From assembly GCA_963664405.1 (NCBI GenBank), contig OY761158.1, forward strand, positions 3,072,001-3,136,000: a stretch of DNA of 64,000 nucleotides, read 5' to 3'. The position numbers and the translations under genes were made by a program. Positions 19,365-29,830 of the stretch are shown piece after piece; positions within the stretch are counted from its first letter, which is position 1, and every line of letters starts with the position of its first letter. The notes below the pieces were generated by a model. That model was given only the letters and a program-made list of their open reading frames with translations, was not told the DNA's origin and did no database searches. The DNA is from Thermoanaerobaculia bacterium. Lineage in GTDB: Bacteria; Acidobacteriota; Thermoanaerobaculia; Multivoradales; Multivoraceae.

Positions 19365-21545
19365 ATGCGGATTTTCGTCGCGCTTCTCTTCTTCTCTCTT
19401 GCTTCGTCAACTCTAGACGCGGTCGACCTCAGGGGCTCGGTTCGGACCGACGACGGCCGGCCGATTCCTCATCTGGTCTTGGTCCTCAAAGGGCCATCGG
19501 GATCGCGCACTGTGCTCACCGGTCTAGCCGGCCGGTACCACGTCTCTGAGCTCGTCGCCGGGCACTATCGCCTGCGGCCCCGCACAGAGAGCTTCCAGAT
19601 CGAAAGTCCCGGTGAGATCGAGCTCGGCGCCAGCGATGCCGACTTGGATTTGGTCCTAACTCCCAGTCCGCTGGAGGAGGAAGTGGTGGTCACGGCGGCT
19701 CGTACGGAGGCGGTTGCCTCCACTCTGGGGGTCTCCACAAGTCTCCTCGACCGCGATGACATAAACAGCCTCAAGCGGGCCTCGGTTCTCGATTTATTGC
19801 AGACACTGCCCGGCCTGACCGTTGCTCGTAACGGCGGCCTCGGCAGCCAGGGCTCGGTCTTCATTCGTGGCGGCGAGTCCGACTTCGCGCGAGTTCTCGT
19901 CGACGGAGTGCCGGTCAACCAACCCGGTGGCGGCTTCGATTTCGGCTCCCTTCTTCCGCTCGAGCTCGATCGAATAGAAGTGGTGCGTGGCGCCGCCTCG
20001 AGCCTCTATGGTACCGATGCGCTCGCCGGTGTCGTGCAGCTGTTCACCCGCCGTGGCCAGGGCGAAACGCCGATCGGTCGGGTCGAGGCCGAAGGAGGCA
20101 GCAACTCCTATGAGCGGTTACTTCTAGGGACTTCGGGCAGTCTGCCGGCGCTGGACTGGAACTTGGGAGCGCAGACCCTCGAAACCGACAACGAGATCCC
20201 GAACAACGGCTTCGAGAGCGATGGCGGAGCTCTTTCCTTGCGAGCCGGGCCGGATGAGTCGATCTCGCTGCGAGCTACCCTGAGGATCGACGACAGTCTT
20301 CTGGGGACTCCCGGTGCTGTCGCCTTTGGGCGGCCGGACCTCGACGCCTTCTTCGACCGGCAGGATCTCGTTACCGGGGTCGCCGGCATCTTCGCCCAAC
20401 GCCAGGCGCAGCACGAGATTCGCCTCGGTTGGGCGCAGACCGAGCAGGTGTCGGTGAATCCCGAAGACTCCGGTCCCTATCTCCCAGCCGCGGGCGACAT
20501 GACGGGGTCGTTCCCGGTGTTCGACTTCGTGAATCCGGTCGGTTTCAGAAACGACACCGAGCGTCTGAGTCTCGGTTACAGGGGAGAGTTTCAGATCGGG
20601 GAGCGCCACTTGCTTTCGGGCGGTGGCGATTTCGAAAGGGAGACCGGCTCGGTCGGCGACGTGCGTGAGGGTCTTCTCGAGCCCGAGCGCGACACCGCCG
20701 GGATCTACCTTCAGGATCGGGTCTTTCTCGGTGATCGGGTCTTCCTGACTGTGGGAGGGCGGGTCGACGAGAACGACAGCTTTGGCACTTTCTTTGCCCC
20801 GCGGGCGGTCATCGCTTGGGAAAGCGGTGGCGGCAGAGTGCTCAAGGGGAGTGCCGGGCTGGGGGTCAAAGAGCCCAGCTTCTTCGAGTCTTTCGGGACC
20901 TCCTTCTTCGCCCGTGGCAATCCGGATCTTCTTCCCGAAAAGAGCGCGACCTTCGATCTGTCGCTTTCCCAGCGGCTGGCCCAGGGTCGGGTGGAGCTCG
21001 AGGCTACCCTTTTCCAACACGACTACGAGGACCAGATCGCGTTCGACATCGTCGACTTCGTCACCTTCGAAGGCACCTTCGTCAATCTCGGAGAGACTCG
21101 GGCTCGAGGCCTCGAGCTGGGCTTACGTGCGTCGCCGCTGCCCAGCTTGCGTGTACGCGCCGACTACACCTGGCTCGACGGCGAGATTCTTGTCAGCGGC
21201 AACGCTTTCTCGCCGCTCTTCGCAGCCGGCCAGAGCCTGCTGCGCCGCCCCGAGCATGCGGGTGGATTGACCGTGGAGAGGCTGGGAAAGCGTGTTCACT
21301 TTGGCGGCACGCTACGCGTTGTGGGTCGATATGCCGACAGCGACTTTCTGGGCATCGGCCTGGTGGAGAACTCCGGCTACACTCGGGTCGACCTTCGCGT
21401 ACGCGGTGAGCTGACCGAATCGATCGAGCTCTTTGTGGTGCTCGACAACGCTTTCGATGAAGAATACGAAGAGGCGCTCGGCTTCCCCGCTCTCGGCAGC
21501 ACTGTGCGCGTAGGAGTCAGCCTTCGCCTAGGGGGAGGAATCTGA
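19365..21545 (+). CDS. btuB: TonB-dependent cobalamin receptor
   Basis: Plug domain IRGGESD..VLVDGV, IEVVRGAASSLYG, and GNPDLLPE. Lies under the B12 riboswitch. Confidence 0.88.
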   Translation: MRIFVALLFFSLASSTLDAVDLRGSVRTDDGRPIPHLVLVLKGPSGSRTVLTGLAGRYHVSELVAGHYRLRPRTESFQIESPGEIELGASDADLDLVLTPSPLEEEVVVTAARTEAVASTLGVSTSLLDRDDINSLKRASVLDLLQTLPGLTVARNGGLGSQGSVFIRGGESDFARVLVDGVPVNQPGGGFDFGSLLPLELDRIEVVRGAASSLYGTDALAGVVQLFTRRGQGETPIGRVEAEGGSNSYERLLLGTSGSLPALDWNLGAQTLETDNEIPNNGFESDGGALSLRAGPDESISLRATLRIDDSLLGTPGAVAFGRPDLDAFFDRQDLVTGVAGIFAQRQAQHEIRLGWAQTEQVSVNPEDSGPYLPAAGDMTGSFPVFDFVNPVGFRNDTERLSLGYRGEFQIGERHLLSGGGDFERETGSVGDVREGLLEPERDTAGIYLQDRVFLGDRVFLTVGGRVDENDSFGTFFAPRAVIAWESGGGRVLKGSAGLGVKEPSFFESFGTSFFARGNPDLLPEKSATFDLSLSQRLAQGRVELEATLFQHDYEDQIAFDIVDFVTFEGTFVNLGETRARGLELGLRASPLPSLRVRADYTWLDGEILVSGNAFSPLFAAGQSLLRRPEHAGGLTVERLGKRVHFGGTLRVVGRYADSDFLGIGLVENSGYTRVDLRVRGELTESIELFVVLDNAFDEEYEEALGFPALGSTVRVGVSLRLGGGI

Positions 21546-21550
21546 CCTCG

Positions 21551-22432
21551 ATGAGAATTGTCACTCTGCTTCCGGCCGCGACCGAGATGGTCTGCGCTCT
21601 GGGCTTGGAGGAGTCTCTGGTGGGCCGCTCGCACGAGTGCGATTTTCCGGCCTCGGTAGAGAGGCTTGCGACCCTGACTCGCGCGCGCGTCGACTCGAGC
21701 CTTTCCAGTGTCGAGATCGATGAGCAGGTTCAGCGGCTCCTCTCCGCTGGAGGGCCGCTGTACGAAGTAGAGGAGTCCGCGCTAGCGGCGCTCGATCCGG
21801 ATGTGGTCGTCACTCAGGAAGCGTGCGAAGTTTGCGCGGTGTCTTTCGAACAGGTGGCGGGCTCTCTGGCGCGTGCAGGGCTGAAGAGTCGCGTTGTTTC
21901 ACTGGGGCCCGAGCGCCTGGAAGACGTTCTCAGCGACCTAGGGACCGTTGCCGAAGCGTGTGGAGTCGCGCCAACCGGCCGAGAGCTGAAGGCGAGTCTC
22001 GAGGCTCGTCTCGCAGCTCTCGAGGCCGGCTGGATGGCGCCGAAGCCGCGCGTCGGAGTGGTCGAGTGGCTCGATCCGCCAATGCTGGCGGGCCACTGGG
22101 TGCCGGACGTGGTCGAGGCCGCCGGGGGCCACAGTCTCGGACCTGCGCCAGGTGCCGTCTCGCCCTACCTCTCCTGGGAAGATCTCGGGTCACTGGCGCC
22201 CGATATTCTCGTCGTCGCGCCCTGTGGCTTCGATCTGTCACGGGTCGAGGTCGAGGCAGCGCCATGCCTGTCGATGCTCCAGCGCCTCGCCCCTCGGGTC
22301 TTGCTACTCGACGGCAACGCATACCTCAACCGCCCCGGTCCGCGCTTGGTCGACGCGGCTGAAATGCTCGCGCCCTACTTTTCCGGTCAGCCCTTTTCCA
22401 CTTCGGCGGCGGGCCGGGAGATCCCAGCATGA
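21551..22432 (+). CDS. btuF: Cobalamin-binding protein (BtuF-like)
   Basis: MRIVTLLPAATE..ALG, GRSHECD.P, QEACEVCA, NRPGPRL. Confidence 0.8.
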   Translation: MRIVTLLPAATEMVCALGLEESLVGRSHECDFPASVERLATLTRARVDSSLSSVEIDEQVQRLLSAGGPLYEVEESALAALDPDVVVTQEACEVCAVSFEQVAGSLARAGLKSRVVSLGPERLEDVLSDLGTVAEACGVAPTGRELKASLEARLAALEAGWMAPKPRVGVVEWLDPPMLAGHWVPDVVEAAGGHSLGPAPGAVSPYLSWEDLGSLAPDILVVAPCGFDLSRVEVEAAPCLSMLQRLAPRVLLLDGNAYLNRPGPRLVDAAEMLAPYFSGQPFSTSAAGREIPA

Positions 22433-22463
22433 GCGGGTTTAGATCACCGGCGATGGACTCGCT

Positions 22464-23099
22464 CTATTCGAGCGCGGGCATCTGGGGCAGAGTCGCCTTG
22501 AAGGCGTCTATCTCCTCCAGCTGGCTGTACCAGCGCTGGATTTCGGCGTAGCCGTCCAGGGGTAATCGGGCCGGCGCAGCGAAGGTGACGAAGACGCCGG
22601 TGCTGATGTCGGCGAGAGTCACTTCGTCGCCGACGAGCCACTGTCGGCCGGCTAGACTCTGGTTGAGAACCGCGGCGTATTTGTGCACCTGCTGTTCACC
22701 GGCCTTCACCTTTTCAGGGTCGGGACCGCTGGTGTCGCCAAAGAGCGCTTTGACCATGTTCTCGAAAACCAGGGACCCGCAGGCAGGCGCCCAGTGGGCG
22801 AGCTCCCAGCACTGCCATCGGTTGACGTCTGCTTGGGACTTCGGGTCCGACGGAAACAAGGTCTGGCTTGCAGACTTGCTACACAGATACTGGGAGATGG
22901 CGTTCGACTCCCACAGCACGAAGTCGCCGTCGACCAGGGTCGGCATCATCTCGTTTGGGTTGAGCTTCGCGTAGTCGGCAGCGTGCTGTGCGCTGCTACT
23001 GAGATCGACGATCTCGGTGTCGTGCTCGAGGCCCAGATGGTGGGCGACAAACATCGGCTTGCGTGCATTCGGAGAGGGTGGAAATACGTAGAGTTTCAT
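22464..23099 (-). CDS. Glutathione S-transferase
   Basis: Starts MKLYVFPPSPN. LNPNEMMPTLVD, LWESNAI.QYL and TLADI motifs. Confidence 0.92.
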   Translation of the reverse strand: MKLYVFPPSPNARKPMFVAHHLGLEHDTEIVDLSSSAQHAADYAKLNPNEMMPTLVDGDFVLWESNAISQYLCSKSASQTLFPSDPKSQADVNRWQCWELAHWAPACGSLVFENMVKALFGDTSGPDPEKVKAGEQQVHKYAAVLNQSLAGRQWLVGDEVTLADISTGVFVTFAAPARLPLDGYAEIQRWYSQLEEIDAFKATLPQMPALE

Positions 23100-23125
23100 C
23101 GCTGGCTCCTTGGCCGGGCTCGTCT

Positions 23126-24352
23126 TCAAGCGCCGGTCGGAATCTCGTTGAAGGGTGTGTCGCGATCGACGCGAATGTCTCCCGGGAGGCCGAGGACGCG
23201 CTCGGCGATGACGTTGCGCAGGATCTCGTCGGTGCCGCCGGCGAGTCGCATTCCGGCGGCGTAGAAGAAACCCGTGGTGAAGGCCTCCTGAGCTGGGTTG
23301 CTGTCTTCGGTCGCCAACGCTCCCCCCTGATGTAGGAGGTCGAGCGCGAAGTCGGAGATCTCCTGAGTCTTCTGAGCGCCGACGACCTTGAAGATCGAGG
23401 CTTCCGGCCCGGGCGTCATGCCCTTCGAGAGCGCGGTGCGCACGCGGGCGCCGGTAAGGCGGAGACCTTCTGACTCGACGAACCAATCCGCCAGTCGGTG
23501 GCGTATCCCTGGGTCGTCGAGTGCCCTTCCTGTCTCCAATTCGATACCGCGCAGAAAAGCGAACAGCTCGCGAGCGTCGGGCCTGATATTTCCGCCCACT
23601 GCGACACGTTCGTTCATGAGCGTCGTGATCGAGACCTGCCACCCCTCGCCGATCTCGCCGAGGCGTTGGCTGTCGGGAATGCGCACGTTGGTGAAGAAGA
23701 CCTCGTTGAAGTCGGCAGAGCCGGTGATCTGGCGGATCGGTCGGCATTCGATGCCAGGGCTCTTCATGTCCACGAAGAAGAAGGTCAGTCCCTTGTGCTT
23801 TGCCAGGGTCGGGTCGTGGCGAGTAACCAGGATGCCCCAATCGCAGTAGTGGCCTCCAGAGGTCCACATCTTCTGGCCGTTGACGACCCACTCGTCGCCG
23901 TCGCGCTCGGCGCGCATGCGCAGACCTGCGAGATCAGAGCCGGCGGCCGGCTCCGAGAACAGTTGGCACCACACCTCGTCGGCGCGGATCAGCGGGGGAA
24001 TAAGACGCTTCTTCTGGTCCTCGGTGGCGTAGCGCATGAGCACGGGCGCGCACATCCCAAGACCGATATCGAAATAGTCGGTCGGCACATCGAAATCGTC
24101 CTCTTCTTCGAGAAAGATCATGTTCATGAGGGGGGATGCGCCTCTGCCGCCGTACTCTTCGGGAAAGTGGATGCAGGCGTAACCGGCGTCGCTCTTTTTC
24201 GCTTGCCACTCTCTGGCCGCCTCGAGGCCGAGCTCGGAGTCGATACGGCGACTGAGACTACGTCGGCCGCTCTTCGGCGTGCCGTTGGCCTCGAGCCAGG
24301 CCCTTGCTTCGGCCCTAAACTCGGCTTGCTCGGGGGTGTCGTTGAAATCCAT
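23126..24352 (-). CDS. Acyl-CoA dehydrogenase
   Basis: Starts MDFNDTPE. WCQLFSEPAAGSDLA, FNEVFF and GGTDEILRNVIAERVLGLP motifs. Confidence 0.94.
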   Translation of the reverse strand: MDFNDTPEQAEFRAEARAWLEANGTPKSGRRSLSRRIDSELGLEAAREWQAKKSDAGYACIHFPEEYGGRGASPLMNMIFLEEEDDFDVPTDYFDIGLGMCAPVLMRYATEDQKKRLIPPLIRADEVWCQLFSEPAAGSDLAGLRMRAERDGDEWVVNGQKMWTSGGHYCDWGILVTRHDPTLAKHKGLTFFFVDMKSPGIECRPIRQITGSADFNEVFFTNVRIPDSQRLGEIGEGWQVSITTLMNERVAVGGNIRPDARELFAFLRGIELETGRALDDPGIRHRLADWFVESEGLRLTGARVRTALSKGMTPGPEASIFKVVGAQKTQEISDFALDLLHQGGALATEDSNPAQEAFTTGFFYAAGMRLAGGTDEILRNVIAERVLGLPGDIRVDRDTPFNEIPTGA

Positions 24353-24468
24353 CTCTGTTCTACCTATGGCTGACAAATCTGTTCTCGGGGATCGGCATTG
24401 TACCCTCGGGGCGCTAGACTGGTGCCTCATTCGGATCGGGCGCGGTTTTCTTCTCGAAGGGAGATGCG

Positions 24469-24840
24469 ATGGCCTTTGTCAGAAACGTACTCGGCGGTCC
24501 TCTGGAGCCTTGCTGCATGGAGCCATTGACTGGCTTTTACCGCAACGGGCGCTGCGACACGGGTCCGGAGGATGGCGGCGCGCACGTCGTGTGCGCGCGC
24601 ATGACCGAGCCCTTTCTCGCCTACTCTCGCTCGGCGGGCAACGATCTCAGTACTCCCGTTCCCGGGCAGGGTTTTTCGGGACTCGAGCCGGGCGACTGCT
24701 GGTGCTTGGGTGCGGCCCGCTGGAAAGAGGCCTTCGACGCCGGGGCCGCGCCCCCGATCGTGCTCAAATCGACCCACGAAGACGTACTGCGTTTCACTAC
24801 TCTCGACGAGCTCGTCGAGCATGCCGTCGACATCTCCTGA
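24469..24840 (+). CDS. DUF2237 family protein
   Basis: NVLG..L..C...P.TGFYR.G.C, GNDLSTP, PGD.WC...RW. Confidence 0.9.
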   Translation: MAFVRNVLGGPLEPCCMEPLTGFYRNGRCDTGPEDGGAHVVCARMTEPFLAYSRSAGNDLSTPVPGQGFSGLEPGDCWCLGAARWKEAFDAGAAPPIVLKSTHEDVLRFTTLDELVEHAVDIS

Positions 24841-24892
24841 GCGGGGCGGGCGCAATCGGCGCCATCGGCAAGCCAGACGCTTGCCACGAGAT

Positions 24893-25900
24893 ATGAGCGC
24901 TCCGATCCAGGAGTGGAGGTTCGAGGTCGGCGAGCCCGACGCCGGAGCCCGCCTCGATGCGTTCCTGAGCCGGTCTCTTTCGTGGTCCTCCCGCACTCGA
25001 GTGAAGAGTCTTATTGCTGCGGGCCGCATCGAGATTTTCGCCGGCAAGGACCCGCACGGGGTCCGCCCCACCGAGTTGCGGCCGGCCACTCGGCTAAGGC
25101 GGGGTCAGGATGTGGTGGCTTGGATCGACGCTCCTCAAGTCCAGGCCGGTGAATCGGAGCCGGCGCCGACCGAGGAGCTGAGGGTCATCCATGAGGACGA
25201 CCAGTTGGTGGCGGTATCGAAGGGTGCCCCGATGAACGTGATTCCGTCGCGCCGACATCGCAGCTCTTCGCTGATCGAGCTCGTTCATCGTCGGCACGGC
25301 GAGTTGGGGCTCGCGGGTTTTCCTCCCTCCCCCTGTCACCGTCTCGATCGTGAGACGACTGGGGTGGTGCTCTTTGCGAAAGAGCTCGAAAGCCGAGCCG
25401 AGATCGGGCGCCAGTTCGAGGAGCGGACCGTGGAGAAGGTGTACTTGGCTCTGGTTCAAGGCTGCGTCAGCGAGGATGAGGGGCGTCTCGACTTGCCGCT
25501 CGGGCCCGACCCGAGGTCGAAGATCGAGCTGAAGAGGGCCGAGGTCGCGCTGCCCGAAGGCCAGCCGGCGAGTACGCGCTGGCGGGTGCGACGGCGGCTA
25601 GCTGAGGCGACGCTGGTCGAGCTCTACCCGGAGACCGGGCGCCAGCACCAATTGCGCGCTCACATGGCTGCTCTCGGGCACCCCATCCTCGGCGACAAGC
25701 TATACCTGGGCGGCGATGATCTCTTTCTCGCTTCCATGGGTCGGGACCTCAGCGAGAGGGAGCTGGCCCTGGTCGTCCTTCGGCGGCAGGCGCTTCACGC
25801 ATGGCGCCTCGCTTTCGTCCATCCCGCCACCGGCCGGCCGATCACTCTCGAAGCCCCACTCCCGCACGACATCAGTGCTTTCATCGATGGCGAGGTGTGA
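24893..25900 (+). CDS. RluA/RluD family pseudouridine synthase
   Basis: S4-like N-terminus (RLDAFL), HRLDRETTGV, TGRQHQLRAH, GHPILGD.LY. Confidence 0.92.
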   Translation: MSAPIQEWRFEVGEPDAGARLDAFLSRSLSWSSRTRVKSLIAAGRIEIFAGKDPHGVRPTELRPATRLRRGQDVVAWIDAPQVQAGESEPAPTEELRVIHEDDQLVAVSKGAPMNVIPSRRHRSSSLIELVHRRHGELGLAGFPPSPCHRLDRETTGVVLFAKELESRAEIGRQFEERTVEKVYLALVQGCVSEDEGRLDLPLGPDPRSKIELKRAEVALPEGQPASTRWRVRRRLAEATLVELYPETGRQHQLRAHMAALGHPILGDKLYLGGDDLFLASMGRDLSERELALVVLRRQALHAWRLAFVHPATGRPITLEAPLPHDISAFIDGEV

Positions 25901-25919
25901 GCTCGTGGCGGCGCTTGCG

Positions 25920-27251
25920 ATGGTAGTGGTGGAGCCGAGCTCTCGGTGGTTCCGCATCGCGCGGCGGACCCTCATCGCAGCTGTGGTGACCGGTGCCTTC
26001 TTTCCCGCCGAGGGTCAGTTACGGGCCGGTGCCGGCGTGAGCGATATCACTCCGCCGTTGGGCACGCCCTCGGCAGGCTACGGCGACCGCCGCGGTGCGG
26101 GTATGGAGGGCGTTCACGATCCTCTTCTCGCCACCGCGTTAGCGCTCGACAACGGTGCGCGGCGGGTCGTTTTGGTGGGAGTCGACCATCTCGGTTTCGA
26201 CCATGAGATGGTCAATGAGGTCGTGCGACACGCTCGGGACGCCACCGGCGACGAGGAGGTAGAGATCTTCGTCGGTGCGTCGCATACCCACGCCGGAGGT
26301 GGCGCATTTCTCGACATACCGGGTCTGGGGGAAGCACTGGCTGGGAAGTTCGATCCCGGCGCTCGTCAGATCTACATCGACGGCACGGTGAGCGCGATCG
26401 AGAAGGCGCTGGGCACGATGGGCCCGGCACGGGTCGGCGTTGGCTACGGGCATGCCGAAGGTCTCAACCGTTATCGAGGCGACTGGCCACCTGGGGTCGA
26501 GCCTCGCGACGACGTTGCGGTTTTGAAGGTGACGACTCCGCAAGGGAAGCCGATCGCGGTTTGGTTGAACTTCGCTGCCCACCCCACTGTTCTTCCCGGC
26601 CGCGAGAACATGCATTTCTCCGCCGACTTCGTCGGCTACGCTCGGGATGCACTGCGTGACTCGCTCGGCGCGGAGACAGTTGCCGTCTTTTTCAACGGTG
26701 CGCAGGGCGATGTCTCACCCAGCCCTCCTCGCGGTGCGGATATGTGGGAGCGCTGCGAGTCGATGGGCCGTACTTTGGCGGCCTCGGTGCTCGAAATCTG
26801 GCATCGAAGCGAGACCGCTGAAGAGCTTGAGATCGAGACTCGCAAGCACACCTACGCTTTGGAGCTGGCGGCTTCCTCGAGCGGGGTCAGGCTGCTCGAG
26901 GGGACCCGTACTTCGGAGCTCGGTCTTCTCGTCCTCGATGGTGTACACGCCTTCCTCGCGGTGCCTGGCGAGCTCTCGACCCTCTACGACGCCGACATCA
27001 AGCGCTTCGGCGGCTGGCTTGGGTTTGCTCACACTTCGATTCTCGGCCTCACCAACGACGCTCACGCCTACATCATCACCCCCGAGTCGTGGCGCCATCG
27101 CACTTATGAATCGACGGTCTCCTTTGGCGGCGAGACCTATGGCGAGCGGGTCAAAAGTATGGCCTATGCCCTTCTCCACGAGCTCGAGCCCGCCGGGGCT
27201 CACCAGGCCGAGAAAGCGCTCCCCTCCGCTCTTCTCGATCCCGGGCCTTAG
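25920..27251 (+). CDS. Neutral/alkaline ceramidase family protein
   Basis: DITPP, GY, HDPL.A.AL, ASHTHAG, NFAAHPT, GAQGDVSP. Start position uncertain. Confidence 0.8.
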   Translation: MVVVEPSSRWFRIARRTLIAAVVTGAFFPAEGQLRAGAGVSDITPPLGTPSAGYGDRRGAGMEGVHDPLLATALALDNGARRVVLVGVDHLGFDHEMVNEVVRHARDATGDEEVEIFVGASHTHAGGGAFLDIPGLGEALAGKFDPGARQIYIDGTVSAIEKALGTMGPARVGVGYGHAEGLNRYRGDWPPGVEPRDDVAVLKVTTPQGKPIAVWLNFAAHPTVLPGRENMHFSADFVGYARDALRDSLGAETVAVFFNGAQGDVSPSPPRGADMWERCESMGRTLAASVLEIWHRSETAEELEIETRKHTYALELAASSSGVRLLEGTRTSELGLLVLDGVHAFLAVPGELSTLYDADIKRFGGWLGFAHTSILGLTNDAHAYIITPESWRHRTYESTVSFGGETYGERVKSMAYALLHELEPAGAHQAEKALPSALLDPGP

Positions 27252-27354
27252 CCGGGGCCGACATGGGAGAATGCCAAGGCCGTGCCCGAGGAACCCGTCC
27301 TTGCCGTCCTTCTGGTGAGCTCGCTCGCGGCGGCTTGGGCCGGCGTTGGCGCGC

Positions 27355-27790
27355 TGGCACGTAGTCGACCCCGGCGAGCATGGCGCCGTACAGCGAAGCG
27401 AGGTTGGGCGCCTGGATCTTTTCGAGGTAGTTGATACCGATCCGCCCCGAGTGGGCCTCCTTGGCGAGATAGACCTCCACGAAGTTGGCCAGCACGGTCA
27501 GCTCGACGAGCCTTTGCGGAGGGCGGGTCGAGTACATCGGGATGTTCTCGAACGGCCTGTCGGCAGGCTTGCCCCCTGGAACGAAATAGCGGCGCAGCGC
27601 TCGCTCGGCCACCAACCGATCGGGAAAGCGCGCGATCGCTCGCCGCAGATGCCCGCCCGGATCACCGACCTGCAGCTTGCGAGCCAGGATCGAGTCGAGC
27701 GCTGTACCGGAGACGACGCCGAGATGTCCCCGCGTGGAAACGGCCTTGGCGAGGGGCCAGCTCGAGCCGCCCCAGCCCGTGTGGGGTGCC
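27355..27790 (-). pseudogene. Nitronate monooxygenase-family fragment
   Basis: SWPLAKAVS..G.LGVVSGTALD...INYLEKIQ...LYGAMLAGVDYV, then homology is lost abruptly. Confidence 0.7.
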
Positions 27791-27896
27791 GAGACGGGCA
27801 CTCGCACCTGCAGCGGCGCGACCCGTGCCGGCCTTGTGTGCGACGGCTGCAGTGGTACCATCCACGCCTTCCGGAACACTAGACAAGGGAGCTCAG

Positions 27897-29570
27897 ATGC
27901 AGACGTACAAGGGCCGCCAGGTCTTCATGGAGACACTCCTCTCCCACGGTGTCGAGTACCTCTTCGGCAACCCGGGAACCACCGAGATGCCGATCATGGA
28001 CAGTCTTCTCGAATACCCGGACCTCCAATACATCCTCACTCTGCAGGAGTCGGTCACCGTCGGTGTTGCCCACTACTACGCTCAGGCGAGCGGCCGCACG
28101 GGCGTCGTCAACGTGCATGTGGGGCCCGGTCTCGGCAACGCCCTGGGCATGCTCTACAACGTCTGGGAAGCCAACACGCCGATGCTCATGACCGCCGGCC
28201 AACAGGATACGCGATCGCGCTTGCGCGAGCCTCTCCTCGGTCACGACCTGGTCGCGATGGCCGCGCCTCTCACCAAATGGAGCGTGGAGGTGGGGACGGC
28301 AGACGAGATGGCCCCGATCCTCCATCGAGCGTTCAAGATCGCCAACGAGCCGCCGGAGGGCCCCGTTTTCGTGGCGCTGCCGATCGACGTGATGGAGCAG
28401 GACACCGAGATCGGACCGGCGGCGCCAAGTCGTCTCTTCCTGCGATCCGAGCCCGATCCGGCGGGGGTCGAGGCGGCGGCGGAAGTGCTGCGCTCGGCGT
28501 CGCGACCGGCGATCATCGTTGGTGATGCTGTCGCGCGAGCGGGCGCCCAAAAGGAGCTCGTTGCTTTCGCCGAAACGGTAGGAGCTCCGGTATTTCTGGA
28601 AGGGCTCTGTCATCGACTCAACTTTCCGACTGACCATGCCAGCAGCCGGTGGCGCATATCGTTGGAGCACAGTGGTATCAAACAGATCCTCGGCCAGAGC
28701 GACGTGGTTGTGCTGGTGGGGGGGAGCTTCTTCGAAGAACTCTGGTTCGACGACACCAGTCCCTTCCCTGAGGGGGCGCGGATCCTCCATCTCGAGCCCT
28801 CCACCCGCAAGCTCGCCCACAACTTTCCCGTCGAAGTCGGCCTGATCGGCGATCTCGTGGCTTCGCTGTCGGCGTTGACCGCGGCGGTCGGTGAAGGCTC
28901 CGGCGACGACTATGTTGTGGCTGCCCAGTCGCGCAACGAGGAGCTTCGGCGGGCTAAAGACGAAGAGCTGCAGAGCCAGGCGAAGCGAGCAGAGGCGCAT
29001 TGGGACGACCGACCGATCTCGCCGGCCCGCCTGATGGCCGAGATCAGAGACCACGCGCCTGACGATGTAGTGGTTGTCAACGAAGCAATCACCGCCGGTG
29101 GCGATCTCTCCAGAACCCTGAACTTCAGAGAATCAGCGGATTACTACGGCACGCGCGGCGGCGGCATCGGACAGGCGATGCCGGGTGCGATCGGGGTCAA
29201 GATCGCCCACCCCGATCGACCGGTTCTGGCGTTGTCCGGCGACGGCTCCGCTCTCTACACCATTCAGGCTCTATGGACCGCCGCCTATCACGACCTTCCT
29301 CTGGTGTGGGTGATCCTGCACAACCGCACCTATCGGATTCTCAAGATCAATATGGACATCTACCAGCGCCGCTTCGGGCTCCCCGGAGACAGGCCCTACC
29401 CCCACATGGACCTGACCGGTCCCGACGTCGGTTTCGTCGATGTGGCCCGAGGCTTCGGTGTCGAGGCGGAAACGGTAGAGCACCCTGAAGACATCCAGGC
29501 GGCACTGAAACGAGCCTTCGCCAGTGGCAAGCCGTATTTGCTCGATGTCGCAATCGAGGGGGGGATGTAG
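27897..29570 (+). CDS. TPP-dependent enzyme, benzoylformate decarboxylase-like
   Basis: FGNPGTTE, H.GPGLGNA, GDGS..YTIQALWTAA..LHN. Confidence 0.9.
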   Translation: MQTYKGRQVFMETLLSHGVEYLFGNPGTTEMPIMDSLLEYPDLQYILTLQESVTVGVAHYYAQASGRTGVVNVHVGPGLGNALGMLYNVWEANTPMLMTAGQQDTRSRLREPLLGHDLVAMAAPLTKWSVEVGTADEMAPILHRAFKIANEPPEGPVFVALPIDVMEQDTEIGPAAPSRLFLRSEPDPAGVEAAAEVLRSASRPAIIVGDAVARAGAQKELVAFAETVGAPVFLEGLCHRLNFPTDHASSRWRISLEHSGIKQILGQSDVVVLVGGSFFEELWFDDTSPFPEGARILHLEPSTRKLAHNFPVEVGLIGDLVASLSALTAAVGEGSGDDYVVAAQSRNEELRRAKDEELQSQAKRAEAHWDDRPISPARLMAEIRDHAPDDVVVVNEAITAGGDLSRTLNFRESADYYGTRGGGIGQAMPGAIGVKIAHPDRPVLALSGDGSALYTIQALWTAAYHDLPLVWVILHNRTYRILKINMDIYQRRFGLPGDRPYPHMDLTGPDVGFVDVARGFGVEAETVEHPEDIQAALKRAFASGKPYLLDVAIEGGM

Positions 29571-29830
29571 TAAGCAGAAAGCAGAAAGCAGAAAGCAGAA
29601 AGCAGAAAGCAGAAAGCAGAAAGCAGAAAGCAGAAAGAAGTAAGCAGTAGCAGTGATCAGAGCGGGGAGTGGCCTTTGATCGGTGTGGCTACTGGAGTCG
29701 CTGAGGCCTGAAACAGCTGGCTGCTTAACGCGTCGTAGTGGGATGGTCCTGAACGTGGCGCGGAGCCAGCGCCTCTCGGGTCTGTTTACTGCTTACTACT
29801 TACTACTTACTTCTTACTTCTTACTTCCTC
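29571..29830. repeat. Inverted heptamer-array element
   Basis: GCAGAAA x9 (29574-29636) plus AAGTAAGCAGTAG, a ~130-nt spacer, then TTACT(G/A/T)C about x6. Confidence 0.9.

Noticed and set aside
22464-23891. 475-aa ORF as a GST fusion
   Set aside because: The upstream portion is an off-frame read of the acyl-CoA dehydrogenase. GST starts at 23099 with its own RBS.
29574-29636. GCAGAAA x9 as a CRISPR array or phase-variation tract
   Set aside because: It has no spacers and no cas genes. It is intergenic, downstream of convergent genes, and forms one arm of a fold-back element.
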